This document shows positions 55,482 through 56,874 of a stretch of DNA of 56,874 nt, in pieces. Origin of the DNA: a virus (Duplodnaviria > Caudoviricetes); the IMG/VR virus record IMGVR_UViG_3300045970_000182, positions 1 through 56,874 of that record, one strand, 5' to 3'. Numbering within the stretch: the first letter of the stretch is position 1; each line of letters begins with the position of its first letter. Position numbers and translations under genes: made by a program. Below the pieces are notes generated by a model. It saw nothing but the letters and a program-made list of their open reading frames with translations, was not told the DNA's origin and searched no databases.

Positions 55482-55751
55482 CTATTTACATGCGTTTAGT
55501 TTGGCGAGTAACTCTGTTTGATAACCTTGTCCCAGCTTTCTGTCAGACAATAAGCACCTAACCTGAACATAAATGTCTGTTCCGTCCTGTATTTTTACAA
55601 AGCAGAAATCGGGTGGTGGTGGTGCCTCTTCTTTACACGGAACTGCTACAGGAACTTCAACCTTCTGTGTTACTATCTTTATAACAGGTTCTGGTGTTGC
55701 ACATCCTATTAATAAAACAATAGGTAATAGAAATATTTTATTTACGAGCAT
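55482..55751 (-). CDS. o-spanin (Rz1-like lipoprotein)
   Basis: Lipobox LLIG-C, Pro-rich, overlaps the end of the i-spanin gene. Confidence 0.8.
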   Translation of the reverse strand: MLVNKIFLLPIVLLIGCATPEPVIKIVTQKVEVPVAVPCKEEAPPPPDFCFVKIQDGTDIYVQVRCLLSDRKLGQGYQTELLAKLNACK

Positions 55752-56145
55752 TTGCTAACTCCTCATTTATAAGTGCTTCTGCTGCATCACACTTCGACAT
55801 ATCTTGTGGTGGCGGACGATTTAGTAAATCCTCTGCCTGTCTCTTATATGATTGTGCTACAGCTTGCGCTTTCTTAACTTCAACAGCATTTTTTGCTAAT
55901 CTTGCATCAGATTCTGTTTTTAACTTTTCTATAGCGGCATTTTGTGCTACTATATCATTCTTTAACTGTAATAAACTTGCTTGAGATGCATCTAAAGATA
56001 TCTGCAAAACCTGCTTTTCTGCAACTAATGTATCTTTTTGAGATCTTAATACAGTAATATATACTGTTTGCCCTGCTATAACAAGGCCTAATAGTGCTAT
56101 AACTATATAAGTCTTGTTATTTAAGAAAAATGTTAATATTCCCAT
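55738..56145 (-). CDS. i-spanin (Rz-like)
   Basis: N-terminal TM, long coiled coil, single Cys near the C-terminus; GATAAATA upstream. Confidence 0.8.
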   Translation of the reverse strand: MGILTFFLNNKTYIVIALLGLVIAGQTVYITVLRSQKDTLVAEKQVLQISLDASQASLLQLKNDIVAQNAAIEKLKTESDARLAKNAVEVKKAQAVAQSYKRQAEDLLNRPPPQDMSKCDAAEALINEELANARK

Positions 56146-56196
56146 ATACTGTTCTCCATTTATATGGGTATTTATCTTCTAAATCGTGCGGTCGTT

Positions 56197-56222
56197 AAAA
56201 AGCCCTATTAATAGGGCTTTTA
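56197..56222 (-). terminator. terminator after the cytochrome gene
   Basis: AAAAGCCCTATT/AATAGGGCTTTT palindrome. Confidence 0.65.
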
Positions 56223-56224
56223 TA

Positions 56225-56874
56225 TTATGCGAAATATGCTTTGATCTTTGTGAAGACCTTTGCCATGTATTTCATTGCCTCGTCATAAGCCTGAGCGCAC
56301 TTAAATGCTGCGTCAATGCTGTGGCAAGTTTCGCACTGGTCGGATGTAACTGGGTGACCTGGTGTGTAGAATGTCTTGCCTTTGGCGTATGTTCCGTTGT
56401 GACAAGTTACACAACCAGTTGTCACACCTAAGTGAATCTGCGTGTGGCTAACTGTCCAGTTGGCAGTTGTGTGGCAGTTCTTACAATCCACTGTTGTCGC
56501 AATGTGAGTAGTTGATTTCGCCTTGGCATTGTAAATCGTATATGATCCGTTGTGGCAGCTATCGCAGTTGTTTGCTGCAACCGATGGGTGGTTCATAGTG
56601 AAGTTAGTTGTAAAGAGTGTTGTGGTGTGGCACTGAGCGCAATCAATCAGCCCTGTTGGGATGTGCGATAGCGAACGACCTACCGTCAAACGCACTGGAT
56701 CGCCGTTGTGGCATCCAATACAAGTTTTGGGTGTTCCAACGAATACTGCGCTTTTGTGACAGCTGGCACAGGTTCCGCATTTTCCGGTGGATAAGTGAGC
56801 ACCGTCCAATACAAACGATGGGTGTGATTGTTCGTACAGCGTACATTCAGCAGCGGACGCACTTAACGGTGCCA
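56225..56874 (-). CDS. multiheme c-type cytochrome (7 CxxCH; 5' end beyond window)
   Basis: CASCH, CIGCH, CAQCH, CDSCH, CKNCH, CVTCH, CETCH with interspersed His; frame stays open to the edge through APLSASA-AEC, a signal-peptidase-like site. Confidence 0.85.
   Translation of the reverse strand, partial: APLSASAAECTLYEQSHPSFVLDGAHLSTGKCGTCASCHKSAVFVGTPKTCIGCHNGDPVRLTVGRSLSHIPTGLIDCAQCHTTTLFTTNFTMNHPSVAANNCDSCHNGSYTIYNAKAKSTTHIATTVDCKNCHTTANWTVSHTQIHLGVTTGCVTCHNGTYAKGKTFYTPGHPVTSDQCETCHSIDAAFKCAQAYDEAMKYMAKVFTKIKAYFA

Noticed and set aside
1469-56846. Numerous antisense or overlapping ORFs in the six-frame track (e.g. 12359-12895, 28941-29474, 36990-37520, 54788-55036)
   Set aside because: They shadow well-supported opposite-strand genes or RNAs and lack recognisable motifs or RBSs
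1-56874. Genome-wide TAG reassignment (code 15)
   Set aside because: Large conserved genes are intact in code 11, and TAG ends genes such as glutaredoxin at the expected length

Overview
A 56.9 kb AT-rich segment of a large T4-related (myovirus, probably jumbo) phage genome, transcribed mostly on the minus strand. The left part carries replication and recombination genes (DnaE-like fragment, clamp-loader subunit, UvsW, UvsY, UvsX, gp32) and virion genes (terminase, head completion nuclease, tail tube, sheath, neck), followed by rIIA/rIIB. The right part is an accessory region rich in translation and RNA-repair functions: 8 tRNA or tRNA-like genes, a circularly permuted tmRNA, RNA ligase, two Pth2-like hydrolases, NADAR and KTSC. 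It ends with an outer-membrane barrel, spanins and a multiheme cytochrome c. About 7 free-standing homing endonucleases are scattered through the window. The strongest candidate for an undescribed system is a family of six non-coding RNAs sharing a terminal stem + NNN-CAGC motif: five are arrayed, with three sigma70 promoters, directly upstream of a Ro60/TROVE-like vWA (DUF2828-type) gene, and two of the six contain a permuted tRNA-elbow mimic like bacterial Y RNAs. Other highlights are a UvsW helicase fractured inside its DECH motif by a split intein around an endonuclease gene, an amber-suppressor tRNA in an operon headed by an AUG-AUG-UAG minigene with a Pth2-like gene, and a set of putative capsid-packaged effectors (kinase, metallopeptidase, Tat-signal protein). 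The host is probably a proteobacterium, possibly a betaproteobacterium (inference). All calls come from reading motifs by eye; no database searches were run.
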